Positions 28,801 to 37,283 of a DNA stretch of 64,000 nucleotides are shown here, piece after piece. The translations under genes were made by a program, and so were the position numbers. How positions within the stretch are numbered: position 1 is the stretch's first letter; each line of letters begins with the position of its first letter. The DNA is taken from the IMG/VR virus record IMGVR_UViG_3300012919_001127, positions 1 through 64,000 of that record; one strand, 5' to 3'. This DNA comes from an uncultured virus (IMG/VR IMGVR_UViG_3300012919_001127) (Duplodnaviria; Heunggongvirae; Uroviricota; Caudoviricetes). The notes below the pieces were generated by a model that was given only the letters and a program-made list of their open reading frames with translations, was not told the origin of the DNA and did no database searches.

Positions 28801-31800
28801 GAGCCGCTATAGACTTCAATGGCAATGATTTAGTTGTAAGTTCAAAGGGTGGTGACCTTGTTACAAACACAACGTTTGACAACCTTACAACAACTTTTGA
28901 CAATAACCTAACACAATTTGAAAAAGTAAACAGTGATAGTGGTCAGGTGTTTATGTATCAACAGGTAAAAAACAAATTGCTATACGCAGAAAAATTTAAT
29001 TACAAAAATCCTGCAACTGAAAGATTTGGTGAATTCTTGTTGTTTAATGAAAACCACGTTTATGTACCAATGCCAGAACTGTCCATCACAGATGATAACT
29101 TTATTGGAACATTAATTGATTTCAAGAGAACACGTGATATTATGCCTTGGGCAGTTTTACACAGTCCATTGGATCAAGTTGATTTAACAAAATTCAAAGG
29201 AGTGTTCATATATAATATCTCAGAAAATCCTGTTGCAAGAGCAATAGATTATATTGATCCTATACAAGGAAAGATAGCTGGAGCGGCGGAAGAAGAACTT
29301 ACTTTCAAAACGCATTATGATCCAGCAGTATACACTAACGGTACAGCTTCGCCAACAACTGTAATTGATTCAGAAAATTATTGGAATGACAAATGGGTTG
29401 GAAGACTATGGTGGGATCTAAGCACAGCTAAATTTGTAAATCCTTATCAAGGAAATATAATCTATAATACAGCTAATTGGAACAAGTTATTTACAGGAGC
29501 ATCAATTGATGTTTATGAATGGGTTGAAACAACACTTACTCCTACCCAGTGGGCCGCACAGGCAGATACAGAGGAAGGACTCACAAAAGGAATAAGTGGT
29601 ACTCCTAAAGACACATCAACATTTGTACAGATACAAAAATTTGATAGTGTTGCAAAGAGCTTTTTCAACAAATATTACTATTGGGTAAAAAATACAAAAA
29701 TTATTCCTCAGGTAACGTTTAGAAAAACATCTGCTTATGATGTTGCACAATTAATTCAAGATCCTGCAGGACAAGGACAAAGATTTGTTGCACTTTATTC
29801 TGACAGCAGATTTGGTTTATACAACTGTGAAACACTTGTAAGTGGACCTGAAAATGCAATCAACTTTAGATACTGGACTATTGAAAACAAAGAAATCAAT
29901 ACTCATAATCAATATCAATTGATCACTGAAGGTTTAGATACAAGCAGACCAAACAGAGATCTTGAACGCAAATGGTATGACAGTTTAATAGGTGTAGACA
30001 CCAACGAAAGACCTGTACCAGATACTGTGTTAAGTCCTAAACAAGCATATGGTATTTTAGACAGACCAAGACAAAGTATGTTTAAAAATAAAACAGAAGC
30101 ATTAAAGCAAACTATAGAAAGAGCAAATAGAGTTTTACTACAAAACTTAATTGTAGATGAATACAACTTGACACAGTTCTTAAGTAAAGATCCAACACCT
30201 ACTTTGTTAAGTAGGAAGTATGACAAAGCAATTGACACTTATGCGGAAATAGGTTTAGTAGGAGTTTCCAATGTTATTCCTGCTGTCCTTACTCCAGTGT
30301 TTGTTAACGGAAAACTTACAAGGGTAGATATAACAAACGGTGGTAAAGGTTACATCACTGTTCCTACATATGAGTTTGGTAATGTTGGCAATGGAACTGA
30401 TGCAGAAATTACTTTGACAATGGATGCCAATGGTACTATCACAAGTGCAACAGTAAAAAATGAAGGACAAGATTATGGACCTAACACAACACTTGAAGTT
30501 AGAAAATATAGTGTATTGGTTAGAACAGATGAAAGTGTAAATTCAAGATGGTCCATATACGCATATCAAAGTGTTTCTAAAACTTGGTCAAGAACTACAA
30601 GTTCTGCATATGATGTAACACAATGGTGGAGTTACACTGATTGGTATGATGTTGGATACAGTGAATTCACTGAAGTTGATTATTTGATTGATTACTCATA
30701 TGAACTTGATTCATTGACTGACCAAGTAGGTGATATTGTAAAAATTTCAACCATAGGTTCAGGTGGTTGGTTGTTGTTAGAAAAAATTAGCAACGATGGT
30801 TCAGACTACACAACAAAATATAAAACAGTTGGTAGAGAAAATGGAACTATTAGATTAAGCAACAGCTTGTATGATAGTGCTAATAGTAACATAGGTTATG
30901 ATGGATTAAGTTATGATACATCATTCTATGATAATCAACCAACTAGAGAATTAAGAATTATTTTAGAATCATTAAGAGATGATATATTCATTAATGATCT
31001 TGCTGTTGAATACAACAAAATGTTTTTTGCAAGTGTTAGATATGCTTTCTCAGAACAAGCAAATATTGATTGGGCATTTAAAACAAGTTTCATAAAAGCA
31101 AAACACAATGCAGGAGATTTACAACAAAAAGTTAATTTCCAAAATGATAACTTACCAAGTTACGAGGATTTTGTTAAAGAAACTAAACCATATAAAACAA
31201 AAATTAGAGAATATGTTAGTAACTATACAAAAACAGAATTAACAAACAGTGGTGTTACAGACTTTGATATTCCTCCGGCATACAGCATCAATGATGGTAA
31301 GATTGTACCTGCAAGTCTAAAAGTTAATAATGATTTAATTGTAGGTCAAGATGCTTCTATTACAACTTACCCTAACAAATATTGGGCTGACAATGTTGGA
31401 TTTGAAGTATTAAGAGTAAACATCAAGAATGGTGGTACACAATATTTAGAAACTCCTTTAGTTAAATTTGTAGGTGGAGGTGGTAGCGGTGCTGTGGCAA
31501 AAGCAACACTTGGTACAAATGGAACAATCAAATATATTACCGTAACGAATCCAGGTAGAGGATATCTGTCTGCTCCAACTGTAACCATTGAAGGAACTCA
31601 AGACACATCTGGAATACCAGCAGTTGTATCAGCTCAACTAGGAAACAGTAAAGTAAGATCTAATCATATAGTAAGTAAATTTGATAGAGTAACAGGAACG
31701 TTCTTAATTACAACATTAACGGAAGTTGAAAACTTTACTGGCACCGGCAGTCAAACAATTTTTGATCTTAAGTTTCCTATGGATCTAAGAACAACAACGA

Positions 31801-34601
31801 TTACTGTTACAGTGGCAGGAATTGAATCTTTACAAAGTGAATACAGTATTTCAAATGTTGAAGACACAACTAAATCTTATATAAGAAAAAGAGGAAGAGT
31901 AACATTTACAGAACCTCCAGCAAACAATAGTGCGATAGTTATAACTTACAGCAAATCTATTGAAATGTTGCAAGGACAAGATAGAATCAACTTATTTTAT
32001 AATCCTACAACTGGAATGCTTGGTAATGATGTATCACAACTAATGGACGGAATAGATTACGGTGGAGTTGAAGTTAAGAGTTTCACATTTGGTGCAGGTA
32101 CTGGTTGGTCAAGTGAACCATACTACACAACAAGTTATGACACATATGATAACACGTATGAAGATGAAGTGTTCACACTTGACGGAAGTACTAATCTGTT
32201 TACATTGGCTAAACCATTGGAAAATGGTGTTGTGTACAACGTGTACAAAAATGGTGTTAGAATAGATGACGTAAATTATGATGGAAGTACAATTGGTACA
32301 ACAGGTAATCCAAATGCAGTTATGTTACCAATCACAGGTGCTGGACAAACAACTATACAATTAGATGAAACTAAAGTACCTACTGTTGCTAATGATGTAA
32401 TTGTAATTAGAAAATCTACAAGTGATGGATCATTTATTCCTGATCCAGATGGATATGATACTTTACTTCAAGGTGGAGATCTTGCTTATGCAACTGCACG
32501 TGGTTTAGCGGCAGAAGAAATTGTTGTAGATGGTGATGGTTTTGTAACACCATTGACTTCCAAAGGTCCTGAAGAACTTGTTCCAGGACAGGTGCTTGAT
32601 ACTTTAGATATAAAGGTTTATGATAGAACAGGTGACGGATCAAGTATATTGCACAGCTACAATTACTTGGGTGACGGTAATAACAAAGAATTTGATATTA
32701 ATTTTGTTCCAATGAGTCAAAAAGATGTTTGGATAAAAGTTAATGGCACAATTTACAGTGATAGTCAATTCAGTGTTGATTATCAAAACAAAAAAATTAA
32801 ATTTACAACTGCTCCAGGATTAAATCATCCTGTGCATATTATTACAATGAGCAACAATGGTGAGAAAATACTTGACATTGATACTTTTGTAGGTGATGGG
32901 TCAACAGCACAATTTGTTGTTCCTGTAAAATATAAATCAACTTTAAGTCATTATTTGACAGTAGATGGTGAAACTGTCAACGTAACTTTAGCAGAAACTG
33001 ATACAACTTACACAGGACAAAAAGGAATGAGTGTGTTTAAGTTAGGTACTGCTCCTGCCAATGGTGCTGTTATACAATATGCAATATTCGATAGTGCAAG
33101 TAAAAGTTTCTCACAGATTACAACAGACACATTTACTGGCGATGGAAACACAAAATCATTTACTTTAGCACAGGCTCCGTTTACACAGGAACCTTTAGAA
33201 CATAATGTTATTGTAAAAGTTGGAAACAATATTTTAAATGCAGGATACAATCAAAGATTTGTTGTAAGTGCTACTAGAGAATACAAACTTAAAGACTATC
33301 AAATACCACAAGCTGGTATAGATGCAAACAAAGTAAGAGTGTTCTTGAATGGGGAAGAGATTACAATTACACAAAGCTGGAGTTGGAATACTTTCAATGC
33401 CACTGTAAACTTATTCAGTGATGTTGGTGTTGCAGGAGATATTTTAAATGTTTACATAAGAAATGATGGAGATTACGCATTTGGATATTTTGATAACAAT
33501 GGACTATGGGTAGCTACTCCTAATCAAATACATTTTGATACTGCACCAGCAAACAGTTCACAGGTAACAGTATATCAATTTAGTAAACATGACATTAGAA
33601 AAATAGAAAGAATTAACCTTGATGTTGTAACAAGAAATCCAATTACAATAGGCACGGATAATTATGCTGAATATCATCAATTGACAAATGGAATAATTAA
33701 ATTACGCAAACTTGCCATTGATGCTGAGTATGTTTGGATAGTTGTCAACGGCACATTGTTGACTCCTAGTGTTGATTACTACTTACAAGATGATAGACAG
33801 ACTGTAAGAATTGTTACAGATATAAATGCAAATGATGTTGTTGAGCTTATACACTTCTCAAACGATGTAATAGTTCCTAAATTTGGATACAGACAGTTTA
33901 AAGATATGTTGAACAGAACACACTTCAAACGTTTAGGAGATGATGTTGAATACACATTAGCGGAAGATTTAAATTGGTATGATACAAAGATATTTGTAAC
34001 AAATTATGACGATTTACCTACTCCAAACAAAGACAAACAAATTCCAGGCATTGTGTTTATTGGTGGAGAACGCATAGAATATTACCTGAAAGAAGATGGT
34101 GTATTAAGACAGCTTAGAAGAGGAACTCTTGGAACAGGAGTTAAGACTAAACACAGCAAAGGAAGTATTGTGTTAGATCAAAGCAGAGAGCAAACAGTTC
34201 CTTACAAAGATGAGATATTGACCTTGAATTTTACTTCAGATGGGTCAACGAAGTCATACACATTAGACTTTGTACCACAAGATCCAGAAGGATCAGGTAC
34301 AGTTATGGATTTAGTTGAAGTATTTGTTGGAGGTAAGAGATTACGTAAAAATTCAGTAAGTTCATTCAATCCAGCAACTAATTTGGATAGTCCTGAAGCA
34401 GATACTACACTTCCAGCAGAATTTAGTATGACAGCAGGCAGTACTACCTTAACATTGACTGAACAACCTCCTATTAACACCAAGATTATGGTGGTTAGAC
34501 GTATAGGAAAAAGATGGACTGACCCAGGAACTCCACTAAGATCAGCGGAAAATAACATTGGAAGGTTCTTAAGAAACAAAGAGGTGGCGTTACCTAAATA
34601 A
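19878..34601 (+). CDS. Giant baseplate wedge / structural protein (gp7-like position), 4907 aa
   Basis: LP.YFRT..NKKFL N-terminus directly after gp6; FG-GAP-like propeller repeats, CBM-like motifs, I.N.G.GY...P and F.GDG....F repeats. Confidence 0.75.
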   Translation: MAYNANQEEYPLPAGDQSKAQHRRTSAEHLPKYFRTAHNKKFLSATLDQLLNPGVAEKISAYYGRRIATARKAADTYVSDVSTEREEYQFEPATVIKDNLNNVTFYKDYNDLKNQIKAFNGTVDDDSKAFRQEYYAWNPHIDWDKFTNFRDYYWLPNGPLSIPVTGQAKGITSTYTVTSIDNLDNKAYVFTPDGKTNNPTLKLYRGQTYKFEVNTPGMPLSFRTARTLDNDYLYSSGISDSTHSTDVGTIEFTVDLLAPDTLYYVNSNDINASGLIQVYDVLENSAIDVEAEILGKKTYKMTNGYEMSNGMKVNFEGTVTPAKYATGSWYVEGVGDEIKLIAEQDVMIPGTYSTSRANPFDSEGFDRSPFSTASAYADAHDYIVQNRSATSRSPWSRYNKWFHKSVLENIATILDEPADINQTGRAARPIIEFDAQLKLYGFGTQAKDDVDLLDTFTADVFSTIEGAIGYNIDGVDVGDNMRILFTADPDTRVAGKIFKVKFITHNNVRQISLIEETDSSPLENECVLVQQGETYKGKMWYYNGTKWLAGQEKTSVNQSPTFDLYDVNGNDFKDATTYPSSTFTGTKLFSYKRGTGANDSVLGFPLTYRALVNTGDIVFDFNLLTDTFTYQQMNATFSGKTDVGLLRRYTDRTTFTYASGWTKGYEESKQLVRRQYIVNTQLNDFAIDVYNRSGDINDLWARVYVNNKAKSSGVDYTINRLNGIAYIRFVNDLAVDDILVIKTKSATVKNSNGVYEIAGNLERNPLNDNIGSFTLGEVNDHVSSIVEMRDDFSGVFPGTGNLRDLGNLSAYGTRFIQSSGPFNLANYHVTSKDANIVHSLRFARKEYGKFRKLFLQTATGLGFDGATKIHFDKVMEELNKSKTNDMPFYFSDMIGYGTFKKSTHVVENTSTQYYALATNFDLTALSNRAVSIYINGVQLIHGTDYKFESAYAGFVTITKTKAINDVIEIFEYENTDGSYIPPTPTKLGLYPKFKPEIFVDNTYQTPTKVIQGHDGSIFVAYNDFRDDLLLELEKRIYNNIKVEYDVDIVNIHDFIGGESRDTGFSRAARDKALLPDFVEWNRAVGDPDYTDFSFWSRTNSFTYNYKNTSSPTQKTNPGYWRAVYKEAYDTDRPHTHPWEILGYSEEPTWWQTVYGAAPYTSENKILWQDIEKGAYRIPNVPMVYNEKYARPNITKHIPVDDGGNLLSPLDSNYAKNYISNRTQEPFVFGDQAPTENAWRRSSEYPFSLVTAWILNQPTKIIGLGLDRSRLKRNLAKEIIYTETSKRLRLKDIVFPNTVSDTERVQTAGLINYVAEYMNSKTVKYYNNYQTDLKSITNQLGLKIGGFTDKAKFKLILDSRTPYNEGNVFVPDENYQIFLNKSSVVDLVPYSGVIIEKVASGFIIKGYDYDNPYFKYITPIELADDPLVSVGGVSEDFVSWTSGQVYSPGFIVKFADEFYMTETLHTAGDSFEQANFVRLSELPVKGGRQAFFRRQWNEGINQQPTELAYGTQIRTIQGVVDFLLGYERYLKSQGFIFENYNKEINEVEDWSLSAKEFMFWTTQNWQANSVITLSPGAINLQFYRKYHVADNLFDNFYGYNLFKADGKKLLQANVNVYRDNDNNLGISTKNTTDGVFAVKVPLVQIEHVCLLDNRTVFSDFIYDLEPGYRQERIKVLGYRTDDWTGGLNIPGFVYDDVNISEWDSWKDYAIGDTVKYKEFYYVAKQKIPGKEVFVDTDWQRLNGAPQSGLQANLDYKAKQFADFYDLDTDNFDTDQQRVAQHLIGYQKRKYLENIINDDVSQYKFYQGFIQDKGTLNSLTKLFDALSNTDNDSVNFYEEWAVRLGQLGSSQSFEEVEYKLDESKFRLSPQPVELVQTVTGDETDLIYRQRPFETYLKPDGYDHSPFPTKYKDDDYIETAGYVNSADVKQTVAKYDDILNLTLTTLNVGDYIWTGTSKTDDWDVLKYVRTNDKVVKVTKNGTTNEVEIQLNNQANYVKDDIIGIVDVADTEKFFKVLRSELDTVFCTDNGETSDVETANGFVTTFTSARVANLEEANTRLFAGEFQVGELLWVDNDSTNRWIVLKNTPQHSELQVISNVETGDSSTNFGKVIGADDRNTTLVVGASESNKVYIFQRTNDNTTYNHAQTLDAPANLYTGDGKFGTGLDISSDAKWIVIGAPNASNAKTKFKGTFASNVSYTEKDIIQYQENFWEAQFPISAAQGTLTFNSFYDPTQLAKTTWTGTAYPEIVYAIRGNYNFNLPTDHILVRAPTVQYEGSAVGDTLVFNWKQYSQNYPNGILPFGSSGPAISELEGNKIIQAKVDAVLYFDNLLRTPQVGDLISTGSAIGTVNAISVQNVNQAVIYISNMNGQFLASDSATLGGVAMGTYTLVEPVNSQASFGGWWKIDVATSFNTTVKTITTPQFVIQDIITQNESKSAEIYYNTMDDVYALNQVTDPTKGGRLGHLSFYNKQGQSDMSPFWFFRGPKAWTDTLNVANTFTMRVNEIRGGAGFTLYDPGVLGLSFTYLNDTLHTVYDLWDGFVDVTFTNFDNNGNPFIPQVGDIIVDQQSGATATVAYLQEQLLDCRLYVKNRSGSFKFGNLHSDTSTIAIKDGVSAGVDRLSGRLDNANMSGSIAGKLVVVKNTDSTMLPVTVPTFRDELEIYVYNNRTVNGVARTPNTPNPLNKDWAQVSALKLDTTGTPSSFTNEGAYFVYERMGTGLYSFQHGYTNPQRESSRFLGTIVKLTKSTQSELYRLFVSAPGNNTTSNSGRIHLVTHGRDTDGTTYEWARSKNYYFKGEFSDSIPYYTNDIVLYNGAFYEAKTNLTAGAWDVTYWTLIDAFIDYIGYLPNDTNLAVTDDSTFEKTNLTNYAHPFAVAKFGDVIATVADFDNSDPKIIIYRFIRGHYGFSQMIPAPVNGIGFGSSIAVSDDGSMVAVGAPLADDRANDNGKVFVYTNNLGTFSLTQTLYSPEKDVAERFGAAIDFNGNDLVVSSKGGDLVTNTTFDNLTTTFDNNLTQFEKVNSDSGQVFMYQQVKNKLLYAEKFNYKNPATERFGEFLLFNENHVYVPMPELSITDDNFIGTLIDFKRTRDIMPWAVLHSPLDQVDLTKFKGVFIYNISENPVARAIDYIDPIQGKIAGAAEEELTFKTHYDPAVYTNGTASPTTVIDSENYWNDKWVGRLWWDLSTAKFVNPYQGNIIYNTANWNKLFTGASIDVYEWVETTLTPTQWAAQADTEEGLTKGISGTPKDTSTFVQIQKFDSVAKSFFNKYYYWVKNTKIIPQVTFRKTSAYDVAQLIQDPAGQGQRFVALYSDSRFGLYNCETLVSGPENAINFRYWTIENKEINTHNQYQLITEGLDTSRPNRDLERKWYDSLIGVDTNERPVPDTVLSPKQAYGILDRPRQSMFKNKTEALKQTIERANRVLLQNLIVDEYNLTQFLSKDPTPTLLSRKYDKAIDTYAEIGLVGVSNVIPAVLTPVFVNGKLTRVDITNGGKGYITVPTYEFGNVGNGTDAEITLTMDANGTITSATVKNEGQDYGPNTTLEVRKYSVLVRTDESVNSRWSIYAYQSVSKTWSRTTSSAYDVTQWWSYTDWYDVGYSEFTEVDYLIDYSYELDSLTDQVGDIVKISTIGSGGWLLLEKISNDGSDYTTKYKTVGRENGTIRLSNSLYDSANSNIGYDGLSYDTSFYDNQPTRELRIILESLRDDIFINDLAVEYNKMFFASVRYAFSEQANIDWAFKTSFIKAKHNAGDLQQKVNFQNDNLPSYEDFVKETKPYKTKIREYVSNYTKTELTNSGVTDFDIPPAYSINDGKIVPASLKVNNDLIVGQDASITTYPNKYWADNVGFEVLRVNIKNGGTQYLETPLVKFVGGGGSGAVAKATLGTNGTIKYITVTNPGRGYLSAPTVTIEGTQDTSGIPAVVSAQLGNSKVRSNHIVSKFDRVTGTFLITTLTEVENFTGTGSQTIFDLKFPMDLRTTTITVTVAGIESLQSEYSISNVEDTTKSYIRKRGRVTFTEPPANNSAIVITYSKSIEMLQGQDRINLFYNPTTGMLGNDVSQLMDGIDYGGVEVKSFTFGAGTGWSSEPYYTTSYDTYDNTYEDEVFTLDGSTNLFTLAKPLENGVVYNVYKNGVRIDDVNYDGSTIGTTGNPNAVMLPITGAGQTTIQLDETKVPTVANDVIVIRKSTSDGSFIPDPDGYDTLLQGGDLAYATARGLAAEEIVVDGDGFVTPLTSKGPEELVPGQVLDTLDIKVYDRTGDGSSILHSYNYLGDGNNKEFDINFVPMSQKDVWIKVNGTIYSDSQFSVDYQNKKIKFTTAPGLNHPVHIITMSNNGEKILDIDTFVGDGSTAQFVVPVKYKSTLSHYLTVDGETVNVTLAETDTTYTGQKGMSVFKLGTAPANGAVIQYAIFDSASKSFSQITTDTFTGDGNTKSFTLAQAPFTQEPLEHNVIVKVGNNILNAGYNQRFVVSATREYKLKDYQIPQAGIDANKVRVFLNGEEITITQSWSWNTFNATVNLFSDVGVAGDILNVYIRNDGDYAFGYFDNNGLWVATPNQIHFDTAPANSSQVTVYQFSKHDIRKIERINLDVVTRNPITIGTDNYAEYHQLTNGIIKLRKLAIDAEYVWIVVNGTLLTPSVDYYLQDDRQTVRIVTDINANDVVELIHFSNDVIVPKFGYRQFKDMLNRTHFKRLGDDVEYTLAEDLNWYDTKIFVTNYDDLPTPNKDKQIPGIVFIGGERIEYYLKEDGVLRQLRRGTLGTGVKTKHSKGSIVLDQSREQTVPYKDEILTLNFTSDGSTKSYTLDFVPQDPEGSGTVMDLVEVFVGGKRLRKNSVSSFNPATNLDSPEADTTLPAEFSMTAGSTTLTLTEQPPINTKIMVVRRIGKRWTDPGTPLRSAENNIGRFLRNKEVALPK

Positions 34602-34622
34602 ATACACTTGTAGGATATTAAT

Positions 34623-35237
34623 ATGATAGACAATTTTAATGACAAATCAGGAGTTCTTTTGCAAGGACACATAAAGATACACAATCCAGAATCTGGAGAA
34701 ATTCTGGTTGATAAACGTAATGCTATTCACTATGAAAACATGAGTATTTCATTAGCTGAATCATTAGCAAACCAAGGGCAAGGAATGGTATATTCAATGG
34801 CTTTTGGTAATGGTGGAACATCCGTCGATCCAACGGGTATAATTACATACCTTTCACCCAACTCAACAGGAACAAATGCTAGTTTATACAACCAAACATA
34901 CACTAAAGTAATTGACGATAATTCAATCAACAACACAGATCCTACAAGAAACAAGATTGAAACACGTCACGTTAGTGGCACAAACTACACAGATATCATT
35001 GCAACTTGTTTGCTTGATTACGGTGAACCTTCAGGACAAGATGCATTAGACAATGCAACAGGTTCAGACAGTTTATATGTGTTTGACGAACTAGGTTTAG
35101 TAAGTTATGCAACATCAGGTACAGGTAGATTACTTACACACGTAATATTTCACCCAGTACAAAAAAGTTTAAACAGATTAATTCAAATAGACTACACAGT
35201 TAGAGTACAAAGTTTAACTGGTTTTAACGAGGCGTAA
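34623..35237 (+). CDS. Baseplate-associated structural protein
   Basis: 204 aa; MAFGNGG, FDELGL, THVIFHPVQKS; between the wedge and fibre genes. Confidence 0.55.
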   Translation: MIDNFNDKSGVLLQGHIKIHNPESGEILVDKRNAIHYENMSISLAESLANQGQGMVYSMAFGNGGTSVDPTGIITYLSPNSTGTNASLYNQTYTKVIDDNSINNTDPTRNKIETRHVSGTNYTDIIATCLLDYGEPSGQDALDNATGSDSLYVFDELGLVSYATSGTGRLLTHVIFHPVQKSLNRLIQIDYTVRVQSLTGFNEA

Positions 35238-35240
35238 TAG

Positions 35241-37274
35241 ATGGCTTATACTGTAAATTATACAGACGTTGCTAATAAAGGTAGCATTAGTGTTGAAGAT
35301 AATACTATCAACCAACAAACATCTCTGTCCATACCAGGCAGAAATACCACAGCATACGGAACAGCCATTGCAGAAAACTTTTTACATCTTTTAGAAAATT
35401 TTACAAACAGCACAGCACCAGGTAATCCAGTTGAAGGACAACTTTGGTATGATAACACACCAGGCGTTGATCAATTAAAATTATATGATGGAACAACTTG
35501 GATAAGTGCTTCAGGACTTAAGAAAGCAACCAACGCCCCAGGTGCCGCACAATCAGTGACAGGTGACCTTTGGGTAGACACTGACAATCAACAATTATAT
35601 TTGTACACAGGTTCGGGTTGGGTGTTAGTTGGTCCTTCATTCAGTGATGGACTTTCAACAGGAGTAAGAGCAACTTCTATTACAGGAACAAATAATGTTG
35701 CATACACTTGTTTGATAGTTGAAGTTAGTGCAAAAACTTTAGCAATATATTCAACAGCAACATTTACACCTAAAACAACTATACAAGGTTTCACAACAAT
35801 TAATCCAGGATTTAATTTAAGCACAGCAGACATCACAGGCTCTGGTGCAGGAAAATATTATGGAGTAGCTGAAAAGGCCGAAGCACTTGTGATTGGAAAT
35901 GAAACTATTCCAGCAACAAATTTTATACGTAATGATGCATTATCACAAAGTTTATATCCTATCACAGTAAAAAACAACGGTGGTATCACAGTTGGTGCTT
36001 CAAGTTTTATGACAGTAGGTGTTGAAGGACAAGCAGGAATAATTAGTCACCAAACTTCAGGATCAAACATTGATATCAGAGTAAACAACAATGGTACTAC
36101 TGAAACAGTAATGAGAATAGATTCAACTTCAAAAGTTGGAATAAACAATTTATCTCCAGATCAAGCATTAGATGTTACAGGTAACATACAAGTTTCTAAT
36201 TCAATGCTTGTAGATGGAACAACTGATGCCACTACAATCAATACAGGAAGTTTAATTACAAAAGGTGGTGTAGGAATTGCCAAAAGATTATTTGTTGGAA
36301 GTGATGCCAATGTAGCAGGATTAACGACAACAGGAAATATTGTACCTAATGCAACAACCACAAGGAATTTAGGAACACAAAACGAACAATGGTTAAATGT
36401 ATATGCACAAAACTTTGTAGGTAACCTTACAGGTAACGTAACAGGTACGGTATCAGGACGTTCAGGATCTACAGATAAACTTGCAAGTGCAACTACATTT
36501 AAAATGACAGGAGATGTAACAGCACCAGACTTTACATTTGACGGACAAGATTCTGCAACAAAAACTTTTACAACAAGTATTTCAAATGCTTTTATTAGTA
36601 ACAAAGCAGAAGTTTCAAGTTCAGTATCAACAGATGAATTATTAATTAACAGAACATCTGGTGATACAGGCGTTTATAAAATATCAAGAACAAACTTGTT
36701 CAAAGCTATTCCTACTTTACCAGTTGGTATGATTACACCATACGGTGGAATTACTGAACCAACTAATTGGTTATTTTGTTATGGACAAGAAGTTAATATT
36801 GCTGACTATCAAAATTTATTTAATGTAATAGGATATCAGTTTAAAGACCAGTCATTGGTATCAGCAGGAAAATTTGCTATTCCTGATTTTAGAGGCAGAA
36901 TGCCACTAGGTAAAGATAACATGGGTGGCGGAAGTGCAAACGTTGTTACTGATTCATCGGCTGACACAGTAGGTAGTGTAAACGGACAACAAACACAAAC
37001 ATTATCAACAAGCAATCTTCCAGAACACGAACACGATTTAAGAGGACCAAGTGGAGACCAGTATTACACAATTAGAGATATATCTGGAACTCCAAATGAT
37101 TCACAGGGTATAACTTATGATGCTCCAACAGGCACAGGAGCAGGCCAGGCATATCCTACTTCAGGTGGTGTGTTGACTAACAGTAGTTTAGGTAATTCAT
37201 TTAATATTATGAATCCTTACATGACTGTAAACTACATAATTTACGCAGGGGAAAACACATTTCTAGCAAGTTAA
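35241..37274 (+). CDS. Tail fibre protein with phage tail collar domain
   Basis: PVGMITPYGG...WLFCYGQ...Y..LF.VIG...F.IPDFRGR collar motif; N-terminal ENFLHLLENF anchor domain. Confidence 0.8.
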   Translation: MAYTVNYTDVANKGSISVEDNTINQQTSLSIPGRNTTAYGTAIAENFLHLLENFTNSTAPGNPVEGQLWYDNTPGVDQLKLYDGTTWISASGLKKATNAPGAAQSVTGDLWVDTDNQQLYLYTGSGWVLVGPSFSDGLSTGVRATSITGTNNVAYTCLIVEVSAKTLAIYSTATFTPKTTIQGFTTINPGFNLSTADITGSGAGKYYGVAEKAEALVIGNETIPATNFIRNDALSQSLYPITVKNNGGITVGASSFMTVGVEGQAGIISHQTSGSNIDIRVNNNGTTETVMRIDSTSKVGINNLSPDQALDVTGNIQVSNSMLVDGTTDATTINTGSLITKGGVGIAKRLFVGSDANVAGLTTTGNIVPNATTTRNLGTQNEQWLNVYAQNFVGNLTGNVTGTVSGRSGSTDKLASATTFKMTGDVTAPDFTFDGQDSATKTFTTSISNAFISNKAEVSSSVSTDELLINRTSGDTGVYKISRTNLFKAIPTLPVGMITPYGGITEPTNWLFCYGQEVNIADYQNLFNVIGYQFKDQSLVSAGKFAIPDFRGRMPLGKDNMGGGSANVVTDSSADTVGSVNGQQTQTLSTSNLPEHEHDLRGPSGDQYYTIRDISGTPNDSQGITYDAPTGTGAGQAYPTSGGVLTNSSLGNSFNIMNPYMTVNYIIYAGENTFLAS

Positions 37275-37283
37275 GGATAAACT

